A stretch of 64,000 bases of DNA from Geosiphon pyriformis uo1 (lineage: Eukaryota; Fungi; Glomeromycota): the NCBI GenBank assembly GCA_016748015.1, contig JAAOMT010000571.1, positions 1 through 64,000 of the forward strand, given 5' to 3'. Positions 1 to 11,946 of the stretch are shown here, in pieces; the stretch's first letter is position 1; each line of letters opens with the position of its first letter. The notes under the pieces were generated by a model. It made no database searches. It was not told the DNA's origin and saw only the letters and a list, made by a program, of their open reading frames with translations. The translations under genes were made by a program, and so were the position numbers.

Positions 1-160
1 TATATATATATAATAGAAAAAAACTTCTTTCTCTTCTTCATCCCAAATTCCCAAAAAAAAGTCAAAGTTTTTTTGAAAGAAGTTTTTTACAATTCAGTAC
101 AATAAATTCAAACTCTTTATTCTTGACTATGAAACCACTGTTGGCTGCAGTATTGCTGTT

Positions 161-1959
161 ATGAAAAAGACTACTAAGATTTTTAGTTTTAATAATGGCT
201 TTAAACCTGTTCTTCCAAGAAAAAAGAGAAGAGGTGGTGTTTTAGAAGATGGTTCTAGTGGTAAGAGCATTGGTTCTAAGGTTCAAAATAGCTGTTCATG
301 GGGTTCAGAAACTGGTGACATCACTAAGTCTGATAGTATTGATATGAAAAAGAAATGTCTGATGGAAGAGACCAGTTTTGATTATGGTAAAGATGATGTT
401 TTTGCTAAAGAAAATCCTGATCAGACACCTACTGGTTCAAAGATCAAAACCAAAAAAGCATTAGGCAAGCCATTGGGTAAGATAAATTTTTCATTTAGTG
501 ACATTGATGATGATGTTCTTTTGGATGCTCTATTGGAACTCCCCCCACCTCTCAAAAATCTGGTCAATATTTCTGTTTACAAATCTTTTACTTTGGATAT
601 TGAGTTGAATAAGATGGTTGGGAAATCTTCTCAAGAAAAACTACAAGTGGTCAGGAGATTATTTTCAAAAATCAATGGTTTTGGGAGGTCTTTACCCTTT
701 CAAAATTTGCTGGAATCATTAGAGCATTGTTCACTTTCAAATCAAGTTTGGCATAGGCTTCCAAAAAAGCTAAAGAAGTGAAAATTCTGGTGAACACCAA
801 TCTTCAGAAGTCTTCTAGATGCTCAGATTGGACTGTGGTAATAAAAGAAATTCCTGTTGGTACTTTGGCTGAGGCTGTGTGTGCCGCGTTATCCGAGTTT
901 GGAATAATTAAGTTGATCAAAATACAATTGGTGGGGCTATGACAGAAAACAGTGGTAGAATTTGAATGGGTTAATCATGTTGATTTGGTCACAGCAAAAT
1001 GGTCTATCCTAATTGGGAAAGATGCAGTACATGTTGCTAGATTTAATATGGACAAAGAAACCTGAGATGAAAGAGATGTTCACAGGGCTCTTTTGTACAC
1101 TATACCAGTAAGAACCAATGTGCATGATATTTGGGATTATATCAACTTAGTGGGTAGAAAAACATGCACAATCAATCATTACCCTGTTATATATGCTTGG
1201 GCCAGATGTGCCATTGTTTGTTTCAAATCAGCTGAATCCTTGGATGCTGTCATAAATACTACTTCAGTTCTAAAAAGCATAAATCTGCATTGGTCTTGAT
1301 TGGGTTTTTCTAAATGTGCTGAGTGTGGGAAAATAGGTCATATGTTATTGAGTTGTTCTGTAGGTGAGAATTTTTCTCCTAGTAAATCTCCTCGTAGAGT
1401 GCTTTCAGATGTGGATAAAAACAGACTGGCTGTCATCTATTCCAAGTATTCGGCTCTTATTGCTCATTCTGTTGCTTTTGGTGGGATTTTTTGGGCAAAG
1501 ATTGCTAGTAGATCTTTATTCCCTCCTCTTTCTGTGAAGAATAATTCGATCAATCCTGGCTCCTCTTCAGAGATAAAGCCTACTCTTCCTGTTGCTTTTA
1601 ATGTTGAAAAGAGGTTTGCTGTTTTGAAAAGCAGTCTTATTAGTCTCACAGAACAGATTAGTGAGTTGGCTAAGAGGTTGAACTCACTTGTTCTGGCAGT
1701 TTCCCAGCCTAGCCCTAGATGTTAGCTGCTGATAACCCTCCCATCACAGAATCAAGTGGGTGATATAGTGATGGGAGAGGGCTCGAGTGTGGCCACTAAT
1801 GGTAAAACTGCTGCACTTCTGAAATCATTCTCTTCTCCTAACATGGTTAAGTTTAAAACTATGTTGGAAGGTCTTTCTGCTTTTGTTTTGAGTTTGTCAG
1901 CCCATCTTGATAGTTTGGTCTTAACTGGTAGTGTGCACTCCCAATCTCCTTCTCAATAA
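161..1959 (+). pseudogene. LINE A ORF1 (RRM-like segments + CCHC zinc knuckle), frameshifted and with stops
   Basis: VIKEIPVG...LSEFGIIKLIKIQL RRM-like stretch; CAECGKIGHMLLSC knuckle; colinear with ORF1 of copy B. Confidence 0.85.
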
Positions 1960-4670
1960 GTGAATTAGTCTGGAAAATTGTGATGTGTAATGTCAGAAGC
2001 ATGAATAATCCTGCAAAACAGAAGGATATTGTGCATTGACATATGAAATCTGGAAATATGGTCTCAATTGTTACTGAAATGAAATTGAAGTCTGATTGTA
2101 AACCATGGATTATAAACAAGTTTGATGGTGTTAGAATTTTTTCATTTGGTGTAAACAAAGGGTTTCTTGGAACTGGGGTGGCCATTATCATGAACAATTC
2201 TCTGGCTTGTCATGTTTCTAAAATTGATGAGATCCTTGGTCAGGTTATTTCAGTATGTCTTTTCTTCAAAGGCAAACTCTCAGTTATGGTTCTGGATTTG
2301 TATACTGGTGCATCCTCTGGTATTAGGTTTGGTCAGGCTATAGAAGTCAACTCTTTTATCACAAGAGTTCTGAACTTTAATACTTTTGTGGTCTTAGGTG
2401 GTAATTTTAATAAAGACAATTTTAAAAAAAGTGCAAGTTTTAGGTTTTGTTTGGATCTGGGTTTGGCCAACTTATTTGGTACACACTCATTGATCAAAGC
2501 TCCTATGTGAAGCAATTCAAGGGGTGCTGAAAAAACAATTGATTATATTTTTGTCAGTGATAATTTGTCTTTGGCAGTTGCTGGTTAGATTGTGGCTTCT
2601 GTTTCTGATTATTTTAACACTAACCACAAGGCTGTTATAATGTCAGTTGGTCTGGGTGGGCTTTTGGATGTTCATCTAAATGGTTTGCGCAAGCAAGCTA
2701 ATAAAGATTGATAAAAGTTCAAGATTACAGATGCAGATGGTCTCAAATAAACTTGTTTTAAAGAGTGTTCTTTAGTTGAGTTTTCTTTTGTAGTTAATGA
2801 GTTTTTGGTTGCTAGTGATGATGGAGATTTTGATTCTATGTGGTCTTGTTTGGTAAAAGTGTTGGTCAATTCAGCTGATGAAGTGTTTTCTAGACATTGG
2901 TTTCATGAGATCAAATGTTCTTCCAACAAACAATCTTCAAAATTTTTTAAGCTGAAACTCCTGGTTGCTAAATTGGTGATGTTTCTTTAATCTGGTAATG
3001 CTTTTAGAACTGGTTCTCTTCTCAATGCTTGGCTGATTGCTGATGAATATAAGGCTCTTGAGATTCGAGACATGTTGAATGATGGTGTCAGCAGCAAGGA
3101 TGTTTTTGTTTGTCTGTCTGGGCTTAGGAAGAGTTACCACTGCTCCAAGATGCATGAGGCTAAAGCTGCTAAAGCTGCTGTAATTAGGCATGCCATTGAT
3201 AGGAGAATGGAAAATTTTTGCACAGACAAAGGTCATATGATCAGAAGTATTTTAGATAGGCTATTTTGCAAGGTGGTTCTTAACTATTTAGTGGTGGATG
3301 ATGAACTTGTTTTGGATCCTGGTAAAGTCAAATCCAAAGTTGATATAATAATAGAAGGGTGGACCAGAAAGTGGTTAGCATTTACACCTTTTTCCATTCC
3401 TTGGGCTTGTCAGTATGCTCCTTTACAATATGTAAATGATGATGCTTTCTTTGGTGTTATAAATGTTATTAGTTTTGATGAGCTTTTTCAGATGGTTAAA
3501 CACTTACCAGATGGAAAGACTGCTGGCCTTAGTAGTATTCCTAATAAATTGTGGAAGCATTGTGATGAGACCATTTTCAAGAGCTTATTGGATCTCCTAA
3601 ATTTGTGTTTGAGAGTAGGCAAGGTTCTAATCTTGTGGAGAAAGACATGGGTTTCCATAATACCTAAACCTTATGATTGGGATAAAGTCTTGACAAACAC
3701 TCATCCTATTGCTCTACTGAAAACTGCTCACAAAATCCTTTCTAAGATCCTCTCAGATCAGATTTCTTTTGCTTGCAGTAAGTTTGGGGTGTTGCATGAG
3801 GATAACTTCTCAGTTCTTCATAATATCTCTATACAGTTTTCCATTTTTGCTGTTGGTTCGGTGGTGAAAGATGCTCTGGAAAAAGACAGAAAGGTTTGGT
3901 TGGTTTTACAGGATATGCACAAGGCATATAACTCAGTTGGCTGACATCACTTGGAGACTAGTTTGTGGTGCATTAAAATGTGTAACAGATTTATTAAGTT
4001 CTTTGGTAGAATTTATGAAGATAGGTGGAACCATGTTATGACAGATTTCAGTCTCTCAAATAGTTACTGGGTGCTGGATGGTTTTGACTAAGGTAAAGTG
4101 TTCTCTCTTCTCCTTTGGCGAATCTTTTATAACTCCTTACTGTGTAAGGTTAAAAGACAGGAGAGTTTATGTAGTTATGGGATTGATACCAAGTTTGTGG
4201 CCAAACCAGGCAGAATAAACAATATGGGTGGAATAAATTTATTCTTTGTGGCTGGTGCTTTTGTCGACAATGCTATCTGGGTAGGGAGTAGTCAGACTGT
4301 CACACAATTTATATTAAATGTTGCTAGTGAGTTTTTTGTGATTAATGATATTTCAATTAATAATAACAAAACAGTGGCCATTCCCATCAACCAGAGGGTT
4401 CAAAATGCTGTTTTCAGGATTAGTGAGTTGCCTATTTTGATCACCAAATGTAATGTGTCTCATAGATATCTGGATATATTCTTGTTGACTGATGGTCTGT
4501 TCAAGCCCAGCTTAGCTAAAGCTTAATCTGACGTGAAGTTCTTTACCAATATAGTATTACATAAGACTATTTCTGACAAACAATTCTTGTATTTAGTTTC
4601 AGCTATTCTTTAGCCCATTGTTAATTATTACATCCAATTTAGTTTTGTGTCCTCTTCCATTTGTCGGCAT
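1956..4670 (+). pseudogene. LINE A ORF2, 5' part: APE endonuclease + reverse transcriptase
   Basis: APE motifs CNVRS, GVAII, GGNFN (GDFN), IDYIF. RT motifs IIPKP, PIALL, QDMHKAYNSV, GAFVDN (FVDD), YLDIF. Many transition-type stops. Confidence 0.9.
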
Positions 4671-5722
4671 TGTTACCCAAGTAGAAAAACCAATCCAAAG
4701 TTAGAAAAAACATGACCAGAATGTGACATAACACAGAATAGCATGCAATAATATTGGATAATGCATTATAACTTAGAATAGCATAGGATAATGTATTATA
4801 ACATAAAATAACACAGAATAACATGTAATAACACTAGATAACATATTATAATAGAGGACAACACAGAATAACATGTAATAACACCAGATAATGTGTTATA
4901 ATGTAGGATAACTGAGAATAATGTAGAAAAACAAAGCAATAACAGAAATAACAAAAGCAATAGTTAACAATAATGAAACAATCAAAAGCAATCCTGTAAA
5001 ACCAAAAGAATGTATAAAAGCAAGTAGTGTAGAAGAAAAAAGACAAACAGATAGATACAAACCACTAAACAAGAAACAAATATCCATCACCCCTCCTTAT
5101 TTATTATATTTCCATATTCATCTTTTGAAATAAATCAATTATCAAAGAAATCAGAATCATGAATTCATGTTCTCAAACTGTATGGGATTTACATGAATTA
5201 ACCATTGTTTTGTACTTTCATTTTAGAACAGATGCTTTTAGCATAACCACCTTGGACTATTAACAATTTGGACCAATTGCTCTTAATCATGGCAATTGAC
5301 GATACTAATTTATTTATTTTTTTTCTTATTTTCTTTTGTGGAATGGCAACATAGTAAAATTGACTGTCTAAAAATAGACTTTGTAATAGCCTAGTAAAAG
5401 AGAAAGGCTTCTCTTAGGTTTTAGATATTAACGTTATCTTGTTAGCTTACCAGAAGGGTGAAAAGACACCACCAAACCCTAATGACTGCACTTATTAGCT
5501 CAGAGAAGAAAGCTCACATTTACGGAAGACATTGCAATTGACAAAAGACAAACTCTGTGCCTTATAATCAAAAAACTCAACGAGTAAATTCACATCCAGA
5601 AATAGATCTTCAGAGACTGATAATCAAGACTAAGCCAACAGAATTATGCAGAAAATGCATCACCAATAATTAAGAGCACCAAACATTACTATCTCCATTA
5701 CCCACCAAGTTTACCTGTAACA
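4671..5722 (+). repeat. 5' LTR (1052 bp)
   Basis: TGTTACCCAAG...TTTACCTGTAACA; candidate TATA box TATAAAAG at 5013-5020; aligns end to end with 11947-13016. Confidence 0.95.
4721..4920 (+). repeat. Degenerate 10-bp-period tandem array in the LTR (second copy ~11997-12196)
   Basis: About 20 consecutive 10-mers, nearly all ending in ATA (acacagaata, gcatgcaata, atattggata, atgcattata...); includes a duplicated 50-bp block (4811-4860 / 4861-4910). Confidence 0.9.
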
Positions 5723-5724
5723 TT

Positions 5725-5741
5725 TGGTGCTTCCTGTGAGG
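5725..5741 (+). promoter_or_regulatory. Primer binding site TGGTGCTTCCTGTGAGG
   Basis: Starts 2 nt after the 5' LTR with TGG, complementary to a tRNA 3' CCA. It would pair with ...CCUCACAGGAAGCACCA, reminiscent of elongator Met or Ile(UAU) tRNA ends; the tRNA identity is not determined. Confidence 0.8.
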
Positions 5742-5744
5742 TTA

Positions 5745-7900
5745 TAAATCCACAGAGACAGAGCACTCCAGAAATACACAAAAGTGGTAACTATTAGAAC
5801 AGTAGAAAAGAACCACTTCTCATATGGAAGAACACTATTTTAATACTTTCAAAAAGACTTAGGAATACCAGCAGAAACTGCTTATGCAAAAAGTGATTTT
5901 TGTAACTATATCAATGCAAAAATTGACTGCTTATTAGGCCGTGCAACCAACACAAAAAGACTGGAAGAACAAATCTATCAAAGCTTATTAGAATACTTAA
6001 CAGCCATAACCACCCAAGCAATTACTAAAACTCTGTGTATAATTGATACAGACATTAAATATTACATGGCAAGATGATTCTCTCAAGTACAACAACCAGT
6101 GAAATCCAACCCTGAGGAATACAAAAACAAATCCAATAACCCTGAAACTGTTCAAGCCAAGTCCACAGTCAACAAGAAACCAAGGTTTTTCTTCCTAACA
6201 ATCCTATTATACCATCAAACACCTCAAATTGTATTCAACCCACTCCTGGAAACCCAGTTAGAAACACCATGCACTCCTGAAAATCCATATTCTTAGAATC
6301 AATATAGTTGGACCAAATCATTAGGAGAATACAGATTGTTGTTTGGAAATCTCTTCCCAATACTTAATAAAACAGATGGAAATACATTGACATAGGAATT
6401 ACTGTTAACCCAACCATTGACTGAATCATCAACCACCCCCTTTAAAGAAACAGCTATCTTCCAGCCCATTGGGAAAATTAACAAAGAGAAACAACCAGAA
6501 TTAGCACCAGGAGAACTCTTTAGCATACAAACACCAAACCCCCTGGCATCAATCAGTAAGACTCCACTTACTCACCAGATCATGGCTTACCAAGATATCA
6601 CCAAATTAGAGAAATTCTCTGGTGAAAAAGATGACACACATATATGGATTGTGGAAGCTGAGAAAGCCATCACTGCCAACAATTGGGATAATGATAGAAC
6701 CATTTAAGTGTTGTCATTTTTTTTGACTGGAACTGCAGACTCATAGTATCAAAGCCTTACAGAGAAACCAACCAACTTTGCTGCCTTTAAACTTGTCTTT
6801 TTGCAATACTTCTGTGACTCCAATACTCTCATCAGATTACAAAATCAGTTCAGTATTATAAAACAAAAAGACTATAAAGCAGTAACTACTTATCTTGAAT
6901 GATTTAACCAAATTCTTTATCAAATCCAGGCCATTGAAAGGGATTACTATACTGTGGTGCAAATCCTTAACCAATTCATCAAAGGATTAAAAAGCAGTCT
7001 CCTCTGATCCGTAAAACCCTACCACCCAACAAACCTACAAAAAGCAGTTATTTTTGCTTGTGACTTTGAGTTAGCAGAACAAAAAACTAACCATACTTAA
7101 GCCATTAACCTGGCTATTAATGAAATATCTGATATTGACACAAAAATAACTCAATTAAGTAAGAAATTAACTCAGAAAATCAAGAGATTTTTAGCCAGTA
7201 CTATAAAACCCTACCAACCACCACAATGAAGGAATAGTAATAACACTAGATACCAACAACAACAGAATCACCAGCAACAACAACAACCTTGGAGATCCAA
7301 TTCCCACAATTGTTACTATTGTCAGAAACCTGAACACATCATCCAGAACTGCCATAAGAAAGTAATGGACTAAAACCAAGGAAATCAATATCAGCACCCA
7401 AGATACCCTCAAAACATGGTATTCCAATACCCCATGCCTCAATATCAACTGCCTCAATACTCACAACAAATGCAGTATACTCAGCAATTACTTCAGATCT
7501 ACTACCAGTCTTCACAGCCAATGACTCAAGCAGCACTTCAGTACCAAAGTTCTATTAATAGCCAACTTAAGCATCGTGCAATTGATTACAACCAAGAATA
7601 GAAGAACCTCAGCAACAATCAGAGGCCAACTAACAGTGTACCATCATGATCTCTAAATCATAGTAATGCCCTGTCTCAACCAGCACCAACTGGATACCCT
7701 AACCAAGTCTCATATCTTAGTCTCACTAAAAATCAGGATTTTTATAGTTCTATACCTTTAGAAGGGAAGAATGTAGGAGAAACTTCCACTCCTTCAAGGC
7801 AAAATCAAATCAACAATACCATTCCACTCACCACTATTACTGAAAACACCACCCTTGCCATCATATTTCCCTTTAACATTGACCACCTGAACACCACTAG
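5745..7900 (+). pseudogene. gag (capsid-like domain + CCHC knuckle)
   Basis: MAYQDITKLEKFSGEKDDTHIWIVEAEKAITANNW capsid-like start; QFIKGLKSS; knuckle CYYCQKPEHIIQNC at ~7311-7352. Fragments at 6099, 6417, 7416 and 7941 share one frame. Start position uncertain. Confidence 0.85.
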
Positions 7901-7940
7901 CTTTTTCAGTGGAGCTGCCATTAATCAGGATAAACCAATT

Positions 7941-8320
7941 ATGGCTCTGTACACGAATGCTAGAGTTGGGAACATAGATATTAAGTTAATTCTAGACAGT
8001 GGTTCAGCAGGCAGTATAATAATGAAACAACTCATAAATCAATTAGGTCACCAAATAGATTATGCCACAACTGCCCAAATCATTACTGTAAATGGCAATA
8101 CCAAAACTTCTATTGGAGAAATCGATAATTTCTCTTTTGAGATCAATGGAATCCAGATTTCTACTAAAGTTCTAGTCATGAAAGCCATACAATATTAAGC
8201 TCTTGTTGGAAACGACTGGTTGGTCAAAGCTCATACCACTCTTGACTGGAACACACAGGAATTACAGATTACTTTTAATGGATGACATATCCAAGTCCTG
8301 GCTACATGTGGATATTTCCA
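7941..8320 (+). pseudogene. Retropepsin-like aspartic protease
   Basis: KLILDSGSAGSII active-site motif; ALVGNDWL downstream; same frame as gag. Confidence 0.9.
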
Positions 8321-9329
8321 AGTCCAAAGCTCGGAGGAACTGCTAATTAAATTCGAAGACACAACACTACCACCAATCATAAAAACCTATCAGGTTTCAT
8401 GGGTGGATGATTTCTGAACAGAGTTACCCCCACCACCAACTTGGAAAGAAAAAAGAAAGGGAAAAGCAGAAGAAAAACTACAATTGGCATCTGCAGGCTA
8501 TTTTGCCCCAAGTCAAAGAAGTCAATGTTATCAAACCCCAAAATTAAATTGTGTCGACTGTGGGAAAAAGTTATCTTCCATGAGCACATGTATAGGAGAT
8601 AATGAAAAATGGCCAACTGCCACAAAATACTATTGCAGACCATGCATAATGGAAAGATTTGGAAAACTGAAATAACAAAGCAAATAGGACAGTATACCAT
8701 GCTTTGCCTGTGGTGAGATCTTGTTAGATGAAAGATTCTGGAATGATGTACCTGGCAGAGAAGAGACATGTGACAAAGTGTGTCAATATACCATCTTGAT
8801 CAATGATTGGGTACAAAAAGAAACTCTGATCGAGGATGCCTGAAGACAAGTACTCAATTGATTAGACAGTTATCCACATAATGAGCACGAAATATGGAAA
8901 ATGGCCAATGCCAAAGCCAGAAGTACCATACTTAGCGAAATACAAGAAATCAAAAAAAATCTATTTGTACCCGAATATGATGAACCTAATTACCTTATTG
9001 AAAATTTCTTTATAGATGACCCAGACACATTTCAGGACTGTTATCAAGAATTGGCCTTAACTCGAGAAGAACAGAAACAGAGACTAGCTGACTTAAATAC
9101 CAAACTGTGCGATCATTGTTTAATTCTTTGTCACTTCCAGTACTGCAACAAATGTGATCTCATGTTCAATCTACCTCCAAAAATACTGTTCCCGATTACC
9201 AAACTACTTAAGCTCGAGAAAAAAGAGGAATTGACCATTGAGGACATGTTGTTTCAAGATCTAACTGAGGAGACCAAAACAGAACAGTATCTTGTATATC
9301 CTGACCTATCCAAAGAACTAGAGCTAAAA

Positions 9330-9749
9330 TAGTACAGTAACAATGAAAAAGAAATTTGCCCCAAAAGAGTGCATAACATCAATACTGGTTTTAACCTATA
9401 ATACCCTAGACAATTACCCATCATTATAGCCTTATATTCCTTTGTAAAAATAGATCTTAAGATAGCATTAGAAATTTTTGTTAGTACAATGGTACAAGTT
9501 GTCTCTTAATCTAGTCTAGCCAAGAAAGAAATTGATGTAAAAGAAAGAATCATCAATGCCAGTTACACAGGAAACATCATCATGATGCTCCAGAACAATT
9601 TGGACTGACCCTACAAAATAGAATTACAAGAAAAGATTGTTCAAGCTATCTTTCTACCCCTAGTCAAAATACCCCAATTAACCCCAGTAACAACCTGAAT
9701 AGAATTAGGCCTCATTGCCTGAGGAATTAATGGGTTCAGATCAAGTGGA
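9330..9749 (+). pseudogene. Trimeric dUTPase domain within the LTR-element polyprotein
   Basis: All five motifs in order, degraded by transitions: NTGFNL (AGFDL), S*SSLAKK (RSSLA), ERIINASYTGNI (GIIDAGYxG), EKIVQ (EKIAQ), *GINGFRSSG (RGxxGFGSSG). Confidence 0.9.
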
Positions 9750-10229
9750 AAGGGAAACGTACCAATCAACTTCATGGAGGAAAACAGTAATCAGGTAAAA
9801 CTTATTTACATTGACACAGTTATCTCCATTCCCCTTTACTGACAATATCTCCTCAAGGTGAATTAAAAAATCCAAGATCAAGTCCTGTTATTTGAAGCCA
9901 ATCCTGAAATCTGTTCTTTAGCTGAACTTATACCTACCAACCAAAGCCCATAAACACTTCAAAATCTTCATCCACAATCCCACAAAAGATGTGATTGAAA
10001 TCCCTGAAGGAACTCTCATTGGTTCTATCTCACTGGACATTCAACATTCTAAAAAATCCCAGTCCATTCCAGATTTCACACAGTTATTCCTATTTTGCGA
10101 CATCACTTCACAAGTATGGAATTTGCCAAAAGAAAGTTACTTGTTTACATTAGAAGAGATCCATAAATTAAATTTAGAAAACTTAAGTATGCTACAACAA
10201 ATGCAACTCAAAGTTTTTCTGAATTAGTA

Positions 10230-11170
10230 TGCTGATGTTTTTGCCAGTGAAAATGAGTTCGGATGTACCAACATCATAAAGCATCAGATTGATATGGGAG
10301 ATGCTTGACCTATTAAACAACAAGCTTACTAAGTACTCCCATCTGGTGACAACCTTATCAAACAAAAAGTTCAACAAATGTTCAACAATGGCCTGATTAA
10401 ACCTTTGGTTTTCCCCAGTAGTTTTGGTTACCAAGAAAAATGGAAAAGTGCAATTCTGCATAGATTACTGAAAACTAAATAGTGTCACATGAGGAAATAG
10501 TTATTCTACTCCCCTCATCTAAGAAATTCTGGACAATCTAGGGAAAAAGAAATGATTCTCATCATTAGATTTAGCAAGTGGTTACTGGCAAATTGAAATA
10601 GACCCCAAAGACAAAAAAAAAACAGTGTTTACCATTTGAGATGAAAACTTCGAGTTTAATGTAATGCCTTTTGGATTCTGTAATGCTCCTGCTACGTTCC
10701 AGTGCTTCATGGATATTGTATACAAAGAAATCCTGTGGAAATCAGTTGTAGTATATCTAAATGACACCAATGTCTTCTCTGAAACATTCAATGATCATTT
10801 GCTCTATCTACAACAAGTCTTTGAATACCTTCATAGCACCAGATTGAAACTCAATCCCAATAAATGCTTCTTTGAAAAAACCAAATTAAAGTTCCTAGGA
10901 CATGTAATCAACAAAGATAGAGTCAAACCTGATGCAGATAAGGTCCGAAAAGTCAAGAATTTTCTAGTCCCAATCAATCTCAGAGAATTATGAAGATTTC
11001 TAGAATTGGCAAGCTATTATTATCAATTTGTCAAAGGTTTCTCGAACATTACAAAACCACTTCATCATTTGTTGTCCAAATACATATTATACTTGTGAAA
11101 AAAAGATCAACAGAAAGCATTTGATTATCTCAAGTAGTGTTTAATCACATCCCCCATCCTAATTTACCCA
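10230..11170 (+). pseudogene. LTR-element reverse transcriptase, ending in the thumb/connection region
   Basis: LDLASGYWQI, MPFGFCNAPATFQ, VVVYLNDT, KCFF...KFLGH, FLELASYY, SPILIYP; no RNase H or integrase motifs follow. Confidence 0.92.
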
Positions 11171-11926
11171 GCAAGAAATGATAGAAATTTCAACATAGAT
11201 CTTTTAGATCAAATTTTAAAATTATCTAAACAATTATTTAAAACAATTCAAAAATCGACATCTCAAATAGAAATTATAATTGATAATAAAGAAATAAGAT
11301 ATAGAGATAAGAGGAAGAAAGAGATGGGCAAAAGTTTAACTAGAACTAACTATTCTCATCTCTACACCCCACCTGAGAAAAAAATTTTACAAAAAAGAAT
11401 TAATTTGTCTTGGATGGGGCTTAAAAAAAGCATGGAGGAATGAGAATTATTTTATAAAAGAAGATACTTGGTCCTCAAGCTAGAAGAAATAAAAAAAGCT
11501 TTAGCTTATGAGATTGAACTCCCTAAAACAGGAGAGTGGACACCTGACAACACCCAAAAATAGAAAAAAAGACTTTCTCCAGCATATTGGTTCTACAAAA
11601 TTGGTAAACAACTAGATTTAAAGACACCATATAAAGATCTCAGCCAGAAAACTTTCAACAAAGAAGCAATGCAACAAGTAGAAAAATTTGTAGGAAGAAG
11701 CAACCTGATCCTATACTACAAAGCAGCATACCAATTATATGCCACTTTCCAACATTGTCCAAACAGACTGTTGTATGGATCTATAAAAATGATAACAGTT
11801 AACAATATAGAATAAATTACCAATCAACAGTTCAAAAACTTATGAAAAACAATACTCGATGCAACCATCAAATATTATACAAACAAAGACATAAAAACAG
11901 ATACATATAATTTCATAAGAGCTTAA
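11171..11926 (+). pseudogene. Unknown ~250-codon reading frame between RT and PPT (env-position accessory ORF remnant)
   Basis: Manual translation gives one frame with only 4 internal stops (TGA, TAG, TAA, TGA), continuing in frame from the RT sequence PILIYP and ending at TAA 11924-11926. Confidence 0.7.
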
Positions 11927-11930
11927 TACT

Positions 11931-11946
11931 AAAAGGAGAGGAATAA
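11931..11946 (+). promoter_or_regulatory. Polypurine tract
   Basis: AAAAGGAGAGGAATAA immediately before the 3' LTR; a near-identical context occurs at 41186-41210 on the minus strand. Confidence 0.85.

Noticed and set aside
4721-4920. CRISPR-like array
   Set aside because: The unit is only 10 bp with no unique spacers, it lies inside LTRs of a eukaryotic element, and no cas genes are present.
4639-5090. Hydrophobic minus-strand ORFs (also 11840-12366) as membrane or env proteins
   Set aside because: They are antisense translations of the A-rich LTR repeat array; the hydrophobicity follows from T-rich codons.
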